From positions 5,270,001 to 5,334,000 of the forward strand of contig OY986947.1 of assembly GCA_963920595.1 (NCBI GenBank): a stretch of 64,000 bases of DNA, written 5' to 3'. Within the stretch, counting starts at the first letter, position 1; the number at the start of each line of letters is the position of its first letter. Shown here piece by piece: positions 1 to 25,387 of this stretch. Both the position numbers and the translations under genes were made by a program. Origin of the DNA: Eimeria praecox. Its lineage: Eukaryota. The notes beneath the pieces were generated by a model. That model searched no databases. It had not been told where the DNA came from and saw only the letters and a list, made by a program, of their open reading frames with translations.

Positions 1-4336
<4,336 letters not shown>

Positions 4337-4338
4337 GA

Positions 4339-4400
<62 letters not shown>

Positions 4401-4922
4401 GCTGACTACAAACAGATGCTGCTGCTGCTGTTGCTGCTGCTGCTGTTGGCAGCTGCTGCTGCAGCCACCCAACAAACTCAAAAACAAAACACGCAAGATC
4501 TGTATGTGCAGCAACTGCTGCAGCAACTGCAGCAGCAACTGCAGCAGCAACTGCAGCAGCAACTGTTGCTGCTGCTGTCAGTGCTTTTGCTGCTGTGTCT
4601 CCCTTCATCTCTTCACACGGCTATTGTCTTTACAGAGTGTAAACGTACACACAAATGGCTGTGCTGAGTCTAAGGGCCCCCTGTGGCACCTACCCTGGGG
4701 CCCCCCGGGGGCCCCCTTGGGGCCCCCCTCCCCCCTGACTGTTTGTTTTTTTAGGCTTTCTTTTGCTGCTAAGCTAACAGACAATTAAATGTTATTAATA
4801 TAATTATATTATATTGCATGCTCGTCTTACAAAGACCCCACATCGGGATATGGGCGCGCGCTCGTGTACAGATTGATATGCTTCCTAACGAATAATAAAC
4901 AATAATAATAATAATAATTAAG

Positions 4923-4984
<62 letters not shown>

Positions 4985-5202
4985 ACCGTTTCAACTCCAA
5001 GCAGCACTGGAGTAAAGGATCTGTTTTCAGGTGTCTGTGCACCTACACGATTCATCAAGCTGCTTACGCCTTTCTTTGGCTATTGCAGCATAATTTGTTT
5101 GTTTATATATTCGTTTGATTATCTGCAGTATAGATATTCTGTTTCTGCTACGTTAAATTAATATAATGTCTCTCTCTCTCTCCCTATATATATATATATA
5201 TA

Positions 5203-5274
<72 letters not shown>

Positions 5275-5447
5275 GAGAGAGAGAGAGACAATAAACAAAG
5301 ATGAGATGAGGAGCTCCATCTCAGACCCTCAGCTGCACAGACACTTCGTATCTTCGCCCGCTTCATTCTTTCCTCTTCTTTCCTTGCGGCCTACCGCTGA
5401 CTCTCCCTTCAGCCTCTCAACCTGTTGGTCCTTCTTCTGCCGCGTGG

Positions 5448-5770
5448 ATAGCTAGCTAGCTAGCTAGCTAGGTATAGCTAGCTTGGCAGCTGTCTGCTAG
5501 CTAGCTAACTAGCTAGGCAGGTATAGCTAGCTAGACAGCTAGCTATGTATAGCTAGCTAGACAGCTAGCTATGTATAGCTAGCTAGACAGCTAGCTATGT
5601 ATAGCTAGCTAGACAGCTAGCTATGTATAGCTAGCTAGACAGCTAGCTATGTATAGCTAGCTAGACAGCTAGCTATGTATAGCTAGCTAGACAGCTAGCT
5701 ATGTATAGTTAGCTAGACAGCTAGCTATGTATAGCTAGCTAGACAGCTAGCTATGCTATGTAGCTAGCTC
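5448..5770. repeat. AGCT-based minisatellite, 26-bp unit AGCTAGCTAGACAGCTAGCTATGTAT, about 9 copies
   Basis: Near-identical copies at about 5525-5755, flanked by degenerate (TAGC)n. Confidence 0.92.
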
Positions 5771-5879
5771 TGTAGCTGTCTGTGTGCAGTAGAGGGGATG
5801 GGTGTGACGGCGTCTTTGCGCACACACGAATCCTGATGAGGTGTATGTTAGTTCTATGCCTCCCTGACATAGAATATAT

Positions 5880-15204
<9,325 letters not shown>

Positions 15205-18200
15205 GGTGCCCTGAGCCTGGGAGCACGAGTGTTGCCGCTGCAGCTGCGTGTTGAGCCCCCTATGATTGCTTCTACCGCTACTGTTGCTGTTGCTGTTGCT
15301 ACAGCGGCTGCTGCTGCTACAGCTGTTATAGCTGCTGCTGGTGGTTCTATACCCCCTGGAGACGCAGTCACCGCAGCTTCTGCTGCTGCTACTGCTGTTG
15401 CTGCTGCTGCTCGAGTTGCTAGAGCGGTTGTTGCTGCTGCAGACGCAGCTGTTGGTGCTGTTACGTCTGCTGGTGCTGCGCGTTTGAGATTAAACAACAA
15501 ATATATATACCAGAAGGTAGATGCAGTAGCGGAGAGGTAGCTTCTGTCGTCATGAGGCCTCGACTATACCTCCAGCTCAGTAGCTGTAGCCTGTAAGGCA
15601 GCAGTACTAAGCCTTGACCGCATAAACGCATGTGACCCCTTGCTTTACTGCTCCTTAGGGATCAGCAACATACAGATAAAACTGCAGGTATATTCTGGTG
15701 GTTGTTGGTTTCAATTTCCCTCACGCCAGCAAGAAAGCCGTATTCGCTTCTCGGGAGCTGCTGTCAACATAGCACAAGAAGACCACAAAGGGTCTGTGTC
15801 GCTGTAGATGGCTTCTGATGCTTGTTTAACGAAAATATAAAATTAAAAAAACTTAAAAAAACAAAAAAAACTATACTGTTTGATCCTGATGAAGATATCC
15901 CTTTGGGGCCTGCTTCGCTCCCCAGGCGCTCCTGCAATTGTTGTGGCTGCAGTTGTTGTGGCTGCTCTAGTCAATCTGTGTGGGCTTTTGCTGTATATTG
16001 TTAGAATGCTACTTCGATATAAAACTATCAAATAATATTATAATAATTAATAAATTCTATAAATGAAATCAGTTACACACCAAACCATCGCCTCTATGGC
16101 CGGTCTGGTGCGAGCGATTGTGTCGCTCGATAGTATTACGGGTTATAACGACACAGTCGAAAGGAAACACCGATTGCTGGTTGCCTTTATTAATAATTAA
16201 GGATATTGAGGCGCACTCATTATGCGGCATATTGTACTGTTTGATGCGATGGAGAGACGCCAGCAACTGGGCTCTTGCAGTATCAATTGCCGTTGTATGG
16301 AGCGTGTTAAACTCGTACTCGCATCTCACCCGACTCGGATGCAGGCAGAAAATGGAGGGAGAAGCAAGTGCTTACAGATTGTCTACAACATTAGAACGTG
16401 CAGCAAGACGAGGGTTGGGCATGCTTGCATGTAGGGATCTCGGGCTTTCTAGCGAGAGACTTTGATTGATGCGGAGGAATCTCATGAGTTGTGGTAGACT
16501 CGAACACTTGAAGAAGGAACCCACAAAAAACCTTTCACCTCCTATACAGACACCAGGCCAACTGGGCAAAGCTGCCGATGGACTTGGGTTGGTGGCGAGA
16601 GAGGCGGGCCTCGAACACACGTTGTTGCAGGTAGTTCTGCTAGGCAGTCCCACAAGCACACACAGCCCGAAGCCCCTCCCTCATGGGATAGCATTGTAGA
16701 TTGTATTGTAGACAGTCTTCTTCGAACGTTTGCTTGGGCTTTCATAGTCAGCCTGTGAGAAGGTGAGGGTGCCTGCCAGCATCAACAGACCACACTGCAT
16801 CTACCTCGCTGTGCCTTCAGCAGCACGTGTCCTCGTGCGCCTGATCGCCCAACACAGGGAGGCTACGCTGAGACAGATTCCCGCCTCGCTTTGTGCTCTT
16901 GTAGCGGGTGTTGTTGTTGCGGCTTCCCTGTTTCTTTCTAATTCAGTTCTTGCTGCTGCAGCATTTGTTGCTGCTGCTGCAGAAGCAATGGCTGCAGCAA
17001 CTCTGCTGACACAGTCTGCCGTATTCTACGATGCATATCCTGCTGCTGCGGCAGTGCTCCCCTCAGGACGCCTTCATGGCTGTCTTCGGCTGCATTCCTG
17101 CGTGTTCAGCGATACGCAGAATGCCCTCATGGCTTTTCTGGGCCTCGAACCATCGATGCATGAATGTAGGGAAGGGCCATATGCATCTTTTGTTTCCTTT
17201 TTGCATTTATTTCCTTGGGAGAATATTCTAGGTTGCTTCTTTTCTTCCAGTTGTGTGGCTGCCCGAGAGCGCGGCGGCACTGTAGAGGTGCAAAGCTCCA
17301 AAGGTCACCAACCAGAATTAAATGAACTAAAGTCGGTAAACTGTTGCTGTGTCGGAGTATATGGTTGCGGGGAAAGCAGTTGATGGATGACAACAATTTG
17401 GCAGCTACAGTGCGGGGGCGATGTGGCAGGGAGAAGGGCAGAAGCTGTATGCGCGCGCCAACACTGATCTGCGGCCACTGCTAGTGATGCTGCTGCAGCG
17501 GCTGTTGCCATTATTGTTGCTGCTGCTATTGTTTCTGCTGGCATTGAGAAGCGAGTCTGCCGCTGCTGCGGGTAGTAGCCTTCTCGCCCGCCATCCCTAG
17601 GGAAGAATGGCAAACAAAGCCCTGTGGCCTGTAGCTCTACGCTTTGTAGCGGATTCGGCTCTGACCAGGCGTCACGTATATTTCGGGGATCCCCGTACAC
17701 TCTCAGTGCATGCGGGTGCTTGAGGCTGGGTGCCAAGGTGCGAGTGGTGGGGCTCAGTCTGAAGAAAGAGAAAAGTAGAAGTGTTATCAGTGCTGCCGCC
17801 CTGATGTGAGCTGTAGATTACGGGGGAAGAGAAACCAGAGCAGAATAGCACAACAAGGTTGCACTTATGATCGTGCTTTGAAGCTAAACACCAACGCCGA
17901 GAGCGGCGCCCATATAGCGATGCAGCTCGATCCCTATTTTAGCTGCGCTGCACGGACCCACATTTGCAGCTGCTGTTCCTGGGTAGAAGATGGCGCCCAG
18001 ATGTCCGTGTGGCAATGCTTCGCAGAGGCGATCATTGGAACCCACTGACAACGACGGCCTCCCTGTCCTTACACAATATTTTCTTTTTCTGTGTTTTCTG
18101 CGAATTGATACACGATTTGCTCCTTCCCGCTGTAGCATTGGTGGTGTTTTGTGCTCAGAGCTCGGGGGAGGTTTGCTGAATCCCCTGAGCCTTTTAAGGC

Positions 18201-20885
18201 AACCAACACTAATAGTATGATGGCAACTCCAGTTTAACGAAATGCTCACTATGTAGGTGAACGCGTTAACCTAAGGGCGAGTAGCAAAAGGCCTTACCGA
18301 AGGCGCAGTCAACCTCTTAGACTGCTCTCCTTTCTCTGCGCTTCGAAGGGCACGCGAGTTCAGTAGAGCCTTGGAGCCTTGCCGCCTGGTTTGAATGTAA
18401 ATGTTGACCGTCGTTAGTCTTGCTTTCTGGCCGGGCGTTCTTTGGCTTTCCTTACGCATTCTTGAGCGGGTGCAAGCTGGGTGTGCCAGCGGAAAGCTGC
18501 GATTGTAGTACACGAGCACTACAATAGCCTCTCCGCTGAGTCTCTGAAGAGTGAATTCTTCATAAAGCACATTATAAATAATATTTAGCAAATAATGGGG
18601 AGCTTGTAGGCCACTACGGTGGTGAAATGGACAGCCTGTGCCTAGAGCCCTTAGGATTGGGGGCTGGGGTCCCGCAACGCTTGCCTCACAGAGGGTGAGG
18701 TGCGTGGCCCTAACTCTCTTTGAGGAGGAGCAGACCTTTTAGGAGAAACGTTTTAAGGAACGACTTTTTAAGGGAACGGGCTTTGGACTTTGAATAGTCG
18801 AGATTTGGTATTTAAGGGTTTTCACTAAGGTTTTAGCAGCGATATGAGTTTGATAGTTAGTGTGCACCTAAGTTGCCCAGAAGTCCCGTGCGAAGCGAAA
18901 CTGGATCGTTTAATGTGCGGAGTTTATGCTCCGTATGATGCCACAACATATAGCAACCGACGCTGTAGTGCTCGATTCGTTGACCGTTGTTCAACTTAGC
19001 AAGACTACGAAACACGAATACCTAAGGGTTACCAAAGTGCAACTCATGGAGGTCACAATCGTCATAGGCAAGCACAGCTACTGAGAACATTTCCCTTGCA
19101 CATATGCGGATAAGCTCGGATCGCAATACATCTCGCAAAGCATTCACGGCATGGATGCTCTCCGGGAAAGCGGAACCTCTGCTTGCGTATAACCGTCATC
19201 GTTGTGCGCCCCCTTCTGGTACAAAAGGTGCCAATACCAGTTGTAAATATTCCGATGCGTTTTGAAGACGAACGCATGTTTTGAACTAACCAGGGGACCC
19301 CCTTACTGCCTGCATAGTGCGGTGCCCCCCCATATCTGGGTGGTCGGCAGCAGCGGAGGCATTCTTGATGAGCTTTCCTTGATGCATTCACACGTTCCAC
19401 CGGATGGGGTGTGGAAGTCATGTCTTCATATGCACGGCGAGGCATCCGACAGTGGACCCTCCGCCGCCAAAGGGAAGACCATAGTCCATATTCATTATGC
19501 AAGAGGAAACGGATACGGCCTCGACAAGGATATACGGGAAAATGTTTAAGTTTCGTCCCTAATTTCGTCGCTTTTCTTTGCAACTATGGTTATTCTCTAA
19601 GCCTCCCTGGTGGGTTTGGTGGATATCGTTGCTCGCACCTGCCACGATCAACTATGTGGTGCTACGCAGAGTAATGCAAATCCTCGAGATGCGAGTATCG
19701 ACATCACATGGCTACACTTTTGCTACACGTGCTAACATTCAAAACTGGAGTATAGTCAGTCGTTAAACGCTTGCTTGGCCGTACACAGTCAACAGTCAGC
19801 CTGCGAATAAGTAGGCGTACGAGTAGCAACATTACAGATACCATGCATATACCATGCTACACTCGTAACCGTGTAGATGCTGGAGGGGACGCCAGCTGCT
19901 TTGGGGGAACACACTTTATATAAATTTGAGTCTATTGCAACAGAGGACGATTGCTCGCGTTGCATTGGCGGTGGGTAGATGCCAACGAAATCCCAGAACC
20001 TGTTGGCCCCCAGGAAAGCATCAGCAGTATAGCAGCGTTCTATGTTGCTGGCATACACGATATTTACATAATTTATTTGCATAATTGTAATACATGATAA
20101 GAAAGTAAAATTCAACAAAATTTATAAAATTTGTATACATACAATGGTGACCATACTTGTGTGAAGCAGCTGGGGCTGCGCGGGGACTGCAGCCGCCTCG
20201 TCGAACACTATTTTTTCTGGTTTTTCTCTGTTTCCTTTCCCAATTCGTAGTTCTTCTTTCCCTCGAGCGTTTATTTAATGTTTTGAGCTTTCAATAAACT
20301 TCGTTTGTAGATCATAGGCGTATATTTAGTTGTATAATCGCCCCTCTTGCTGCACGCCTCAGGGCGGGAATTGGTTGCAGACAACGCCTTCTAATGGGAC
20401 TAATGGAGAAAACCTACCACTCAACTGTCCTACATCTCTCCTTTTGCATATTTCTGGTTTCTTAAGCTTCTGTTCTTATGAACACGACACCATAGCGGCA
20501 TACATCCCTCTCCAAGGCCGAAAGCGCGGCTCACATGGCCTAGGCGCTCACGCCTGCGGCTGCTGCTGCTGCAACTGCTACTTACGAGCAGGCGGAACAT
20601 CAGTTGCCGCGGCGATTGCGGCAGCTGCTTGCTATTACCGCTGCAGTGCATCTTTTGAGGCTCTGCCGTTGGTAGCAGTAGCAAACGATGTGCGTTTTGC
20701 TGTCTTCGTCTGTGTCTGTACCCCAAGGGGCTCATGACCCTTCTCAGCCGCCTCCCTCCCGAGTGCGACGCTTTCATATATGTGCTTGTTTTAGACCCTA
20801 GACCCTAAACGATTCATCCACTCTATCTGCTTCTTTCGTGGAGGCTTAAGCTGTTCGTATACATGTGTTGCGGTGTTTCTTAAAG

Positions 20886-21513
20886 ATGCTACCGAATCGG
20901 GGCTTCGGGCGTTTCCCTGCGATGGACTTCTTCCGCTGTGGGGGAGCAAAACCATTGCAGCTATCAACAGCAGTGAGGTGGGACAGAGTGTGTGGAAGGG
21001 GAGATGGAGGGATATGGGCATTTGTTTTCGAGACGGGGGAGGCAAAGAGCCCAAGCAATCCAAGCACAGCAACAGCAGCAGGCACTCCAGCAGCAGCAAC
21101 TTCTCTACTAGGTGTACAAGAGTTGAAGGGAGTGCTTCAGCAGCACTTAGGCTACTCTGTCGAAACGAGCAACATGAAACAACCTTCCGGCTTGAGGTCT
21201 TGCTGCTTGCTGAGCAAAGGAATCAAACGGCGGTCTTGGGCGAGTCCTATGGCCTCTCTTGCGTCTGTACATAGTTGCACGGCTTCTAAGCAGAACCTGC
21301 TCTGGGGTTTGCAAGGCCCAGCATGCGGAGACAGCCAAAAGAGGCTCCTCCAGGGGACAGCTGCTGCTGCAGATACGCATGCTGTGCCTCCTAGAAGCAA
21401 CAGCAGCAGCCGCAGAGGCAACACATCGCCTGAGTTGGGTGAGGTTTACGGACCTCGTGCTCGTGAGGAACATGCGGCTGCGGCGACGGGGGAAGGGCCT
21501 GTAGAGCGGCCTA

Positions 21514-21550
<37 letters not shown>

Positions 21551-22058
21551 AAGGGCTGGCGGTGGGGGGAGGCCGCCTCTGCTGTCTGCGACACCGGCGG
21601 CAGTACGGCACATAAAGGAGTTGATGAGGAATTACAATGAAGCCATACAACAGAGGCAGCAGCAGCGAGAAGGGGAGACTCCCCTTAAAGCCACAGGCAT
21701 TCGCATCAGTCTGCAACGACAGGGCTGCAGCGGCATGGCGTACGACGTCACTCTCTGCACAGAGCGGCGGCCTCATCCTAACGGAGCATCTACAGCAGGG
21801 TCGGCTTCGGCACGCCCTGCTCCAGCCCCTATGCATGCGTCTGGGGCTTTGGGGCTGGCAGGCCGCAGGAGTAAAGACTGGGGGGAGGACGAGGTGGTCT
21901 TGATCGATGACGTGGAGATTCGCGTGGCTGCGGATGCTGTGATGCTTCTGATAGGAACCCAAGTTGACTTTGTAGATGAAGACGTGCAGACCGGCTTCAT
22001 CTTCAACAATCCCAACCAAAAACATTCCTGCGGATGCGGTAAGAGCTTCATGGTGTAG
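20886..22058 (+). CDS. ISCA1: A-type iron-sulfur cluster carrier (IscA/Isa1, HesB family) with long N-terminal extension; single exon
   Basis: ATPAAVRHIKEL, GIRISLQRQGCSGMAY, LLIGTQVDF, FIFNNPNQKHSCGCGKSF: all three conserved Cys present. First in-frame ATG at 20886; the true start is uncertain. Confidence 0.93.
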
Positions 22059-22317
22059 CCATAAGCTCATACCTCTTCTCGTGCGGCGTCGTAGCATACA
22101 GGCCTCTGAGGGGCTTCTTAGATAGAAGGCCTAGAAGATTCCAGCAGCAGGAGGGCCCCATGGCGGGCGCCCCTGCAGCAGAGGACGTCTAGTGACGACT
22201 TTTTGCAGAGGGGCACACGCAGTTGGCTGCGGCATGCATGCATGGGGTAGATTTGTTTGCATGCCCGCATGCATGCCCAACACAGCGAATGACCATGATC
22301 AAGTTTTATGGTTTGGC

Positions 22318-24018
22318 TTAAGATAGTAGTGGCGTTGTTGGGGTTAGAGTACTTATTTGTGTTGTGTGTGAGTTGTGAGGGGCCATAAGCTCGAAGAAGT
22401 AGGAACACTCGAGGGCCCCGTCTTCGGTCAGGTCAGTGCAGTGCAGGGCGTTCCGAGGTATATCTGTTCCAAGCTTTCCTCGCAGCGTCGAGGGGTATAG
22501 ACAGCGGCACAACTCGGGGTCGTAGGGCCCTGCATGCATGCAGACACACTCACTCAGGTGTATGGGAAGCTCACAACTTCGCTGTTTTCCCCGCAAACGC
22601 TGCAATTCTTTTTTGAGATATTTGGATGTTGTAGACAGCTACACGGATGCCTTTATTGCTGCTGTACTACAGCTGAGCCTGTGCGCTTCTTGACAGGAGG
22701 GACAGCTAAGCATGTTTGCGTGCCTGCGAGGCGCCTGAGCCGTGCTACTGCTTCGGGTCCCTCCAGTTGTATAGCTAGCACTGTTCCGTTTGTCATCTCC
22801 TCTACCATCTGCAGCAAGAAGCGCCATCAGCAGCAGCAATAGCAACGGCTGCTAGAACAGTAGAAAAGCAGTAGAATCGGTTTTGCTCGGCCGTTGATTC
22901 CTTCGTTGCAGTAAAGAACCCAACGTTAAATTAGCGAACTCCCACCTGAGGAAATTCCTTAAGAACGGTGTTGTATATCTCCAGAAATTCTTGAGCCGCA
23001 ACGGTTGTAAGGCGGAAGCTCTTCATGTTGCGGATACAGAGGCCGCTGTTGCTGAGTTCTCGCAGGATAGTGCCTGCCTGTTGTAGTGCGTGGGGCTTTA
23101 TGACACAGCAGGTGACCTCAGCCCCGGTAGCTGCAGCTGCAGGGGAAAGGGTTTCAGTAGCAGCGATGGCCTCAGGCTTTCCTGCTGCCTTTTCGCACAA
23201 CTCCATAGCCAGTTCCTCCACAGTTTCAGAAGGAGTGCCTGGTGAGACAGTTAGCAGCTCCTGACCCGCGGCTGCCAGGGAGCGGATCCTTAAGCAGGTA
23301 GTGCAGGCAAACAGAAAGAATAAGCCACAACATTGTCCTATCCGGCATCCAGAAGCCCCTAATAAGCTGCCTACAAGCCTATTATGTACCTATTCCTATA
23401 GAGGGGCCTTAGGGAAGGCGTGAACTAGAGAAATGTGTTGCTAGCAGCCAGAGCATGCCTCAACAATGCGTGTCATGCTGAAATCCGCACAAGTCGGATT
23501 CAGGCGTACTTATGGGCTGCATTCTCTCCCCGTACGAGGAAGGCGGCAACGGCCGAGGAGGATAGAATAGAGGAGCTGCCTTGCATATCTGCTTGAGGCG
23601 CTTGAGCTTTAAGAAACTCCCCGAGCGGCCTATCGAGCTCTAGTTGCCTGCAGTGAGTCAGGATGAGACCCGAGTCTAAGAGACTTTGCATGGCATCTGC
23701 GTATTTCTGTGTGTCCTCTGCACGCCATATGCACATGGCGGGCTCCATGAAGCGTGTAAGGAAGGCAGCCGTTTGTTCGTTTGCTGCGTCCCCGATGCGC
23801 AGATGCCGTGAAAATAGCACAATCTGAGCACCTGGATAGAACGATTGTGCTACACGCCGAGGGACAGCCAAGCGTTTCAAGTTTATACTGTTGTTCTGCA
23901 CGCCCCGCAACTCCACTGTGCTATCGCCTGGGTAATACACCAATATAAGCTCCTTTATATTGCCAGTGCCAGAGGCATCCCACGACACATAGAAGGCCAG
24001 TCTTGAAGGAGCTTCCAT
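22318..24018 (-). CDS. NME7: Nucleoside diphosphate kinase 7 (DM10 + two NDK-like domains); exons 24018-23510, 23288-22946, 22808-22724, 22529-22318
   Basis: N-terminal DM10-like segment (LILVYYPGDSTVEL...LKR...FYPGAQIVLFSRHLRI), TCCVIKPHA, AQEFLEIY, and GPYDPE...PSTLRGKLG...NALHCTDLTEDGALECSYFF, all typical of NME7. Splice phases checked. Confidence 0.9.
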
Positions 24019-24605
24019 CTTCGATTGAAACAAGATATGCTCGGTTTTAATGCATTTCTTCACTAATATATATCCAGTTTCCTTTTTATGAAGCGGCTCC
24101 TCTCAGGAGGAAGGGTCTGGATCGGCTGCTGGCAGCGACTGCTGCAACGACATAGCCTCTTAATAGGAAGCCATCCTCAGATTAACCTGGAATATCGGAG
24201 GAAGAAATAAGTATAAACTGGCTACTTTACTGGGACTTGCATATTGGAGGAAATCTCCGAGCGGGGTGCGCATGCTTCCCGTTGAGTCCTGCGGCTCACG
24301 AGACTCATACGCATCTGCTCGTCACCCCTCTTTCGCCCGCACTAAAGCGTTCATATTTATTAAGTTGAGGGAAATAAGTAAAATTGATAAGCCTTTGAAC
24401 TCCGAATAGCAATACGGGCACGTTCCTCCCGCGGTGGCTCATCACCGACACCCAGGCGGTTGAGTCCATGCAAAGTTATCGAAAGGTGGACAGACGACAC
24501 ACACAGTGGAAACAAGAATACTAGTTGGCTTCAACCACATTCAATTTTATGAAACTAACAATTTAGGGTTAAAAAAATCTCAGTTTACCCAGCTTTCCAT
24601 TCCAG

Positions 24606-25387
24606 TCAATCGAGGATGGCCAGTTTCTGAGCGAAGCGCTTAGCGAAAAAACGCAAAATACAATGAAATTCATGAATTCAAGTACCTGATTGACTTCTCT
24701 CAACCTGTATGCCACCTAATGAAGACAATTAATCACATTAGAGGTTGAGAGGTATTGAAGTTTAAGCTTCACACACATTGACCAACTCCTGCATCATTGT
24801 TTCAAGTTTCCTGTCGGGGGTCTCAGCACGATCCTGCGATGCAATTTTGTAAAAGCCTCTTAATTCCCTTCTAACTATAATTCCTATCACGCATTTTGTA
24901 CTTTCTGCTCCTTCTCCAGAGCTTTCTTTGCCACTGCGTCCTCCGCATTCTCCTGCATTCGTATGGTCATTCGTGCATCAGTCGAAGCTTGAAACCTTTC
25001 AATTCACTTACCTCTGCTATTTCCGCTTCTTCAGCCAGGTCTCTGGCGTGCTCCAGTTTCATCTCCAGAGCTGTATCTCTGAGATATTTGACGAAACTGA
25101 CACATGAAGGAGCCACGCTACACATGAAAAAGACCTTTGCGTTTGCTCTTCAAGCTCCTCTGCCACCTTTTCCACGTCATCCTCCTTTTCTTCCTCCTAC
25201 ATGCCCATTTATTTTAATGCGAATCAGTAGCAGTATGCCGCGAGCAGAGTTGCTTACATTCAATTCTTCATCGGCCTCATCAGCCGCCTGATGCAGCCGG
25301 AGCGATGTGCACGAAATGTTGCAACACAATAAGCCACACAGAACTGCCGAGATGCAAAATGACGATGTAGTCGAAAGCCGCATCGCT
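24606..25387 (-). CDS. Hypothetical acidic coiled-coil protein built from micro-exons (3' part; 5' end unresolved, may extend to about 25900-26200)
   Basis: GT-AG-bounded exons 25387-25364, 25287-25258, 25196-25135, 25096-25012, 24952-24902, 24833-24783, 24715-24686 and 24626-24606 join in frame: SDAAFDYI AADEADEELN EEEKEDDVEKVAEELEEQTQS FVKYLRDTALEMKLEHARDLAEEAEIAE ENAEDAVAKKALEKEQK DRAETPDRKLETMMQEL VAYRLREVNQ KLAILD*. No family recognised. Confidence 0.6.

Noticed and set aside
18590..18900. RNase MRP/P-like words (AATGGGGAGCTT, GAAGTCCCG)
   Set aside because: Partial matches in the wrong order, with no supportable pairing
19062..19583. MTSTPHPVERVN...ECLRC resembling the Ty3/gypsy integrase HPQTDGQTERVN motif
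   Set aside because: Core QTDGQ absent, spacing to upstream residues wrong, and no RT, RNase H or LTR seen; probably chance
21147..22097. 316-aa antisense ORF over ISCA1, and many antisense ORFs over MDN1
   Set aside because: Shadow ORFs expected from GC/CAG-rich coding sequence; no motifs
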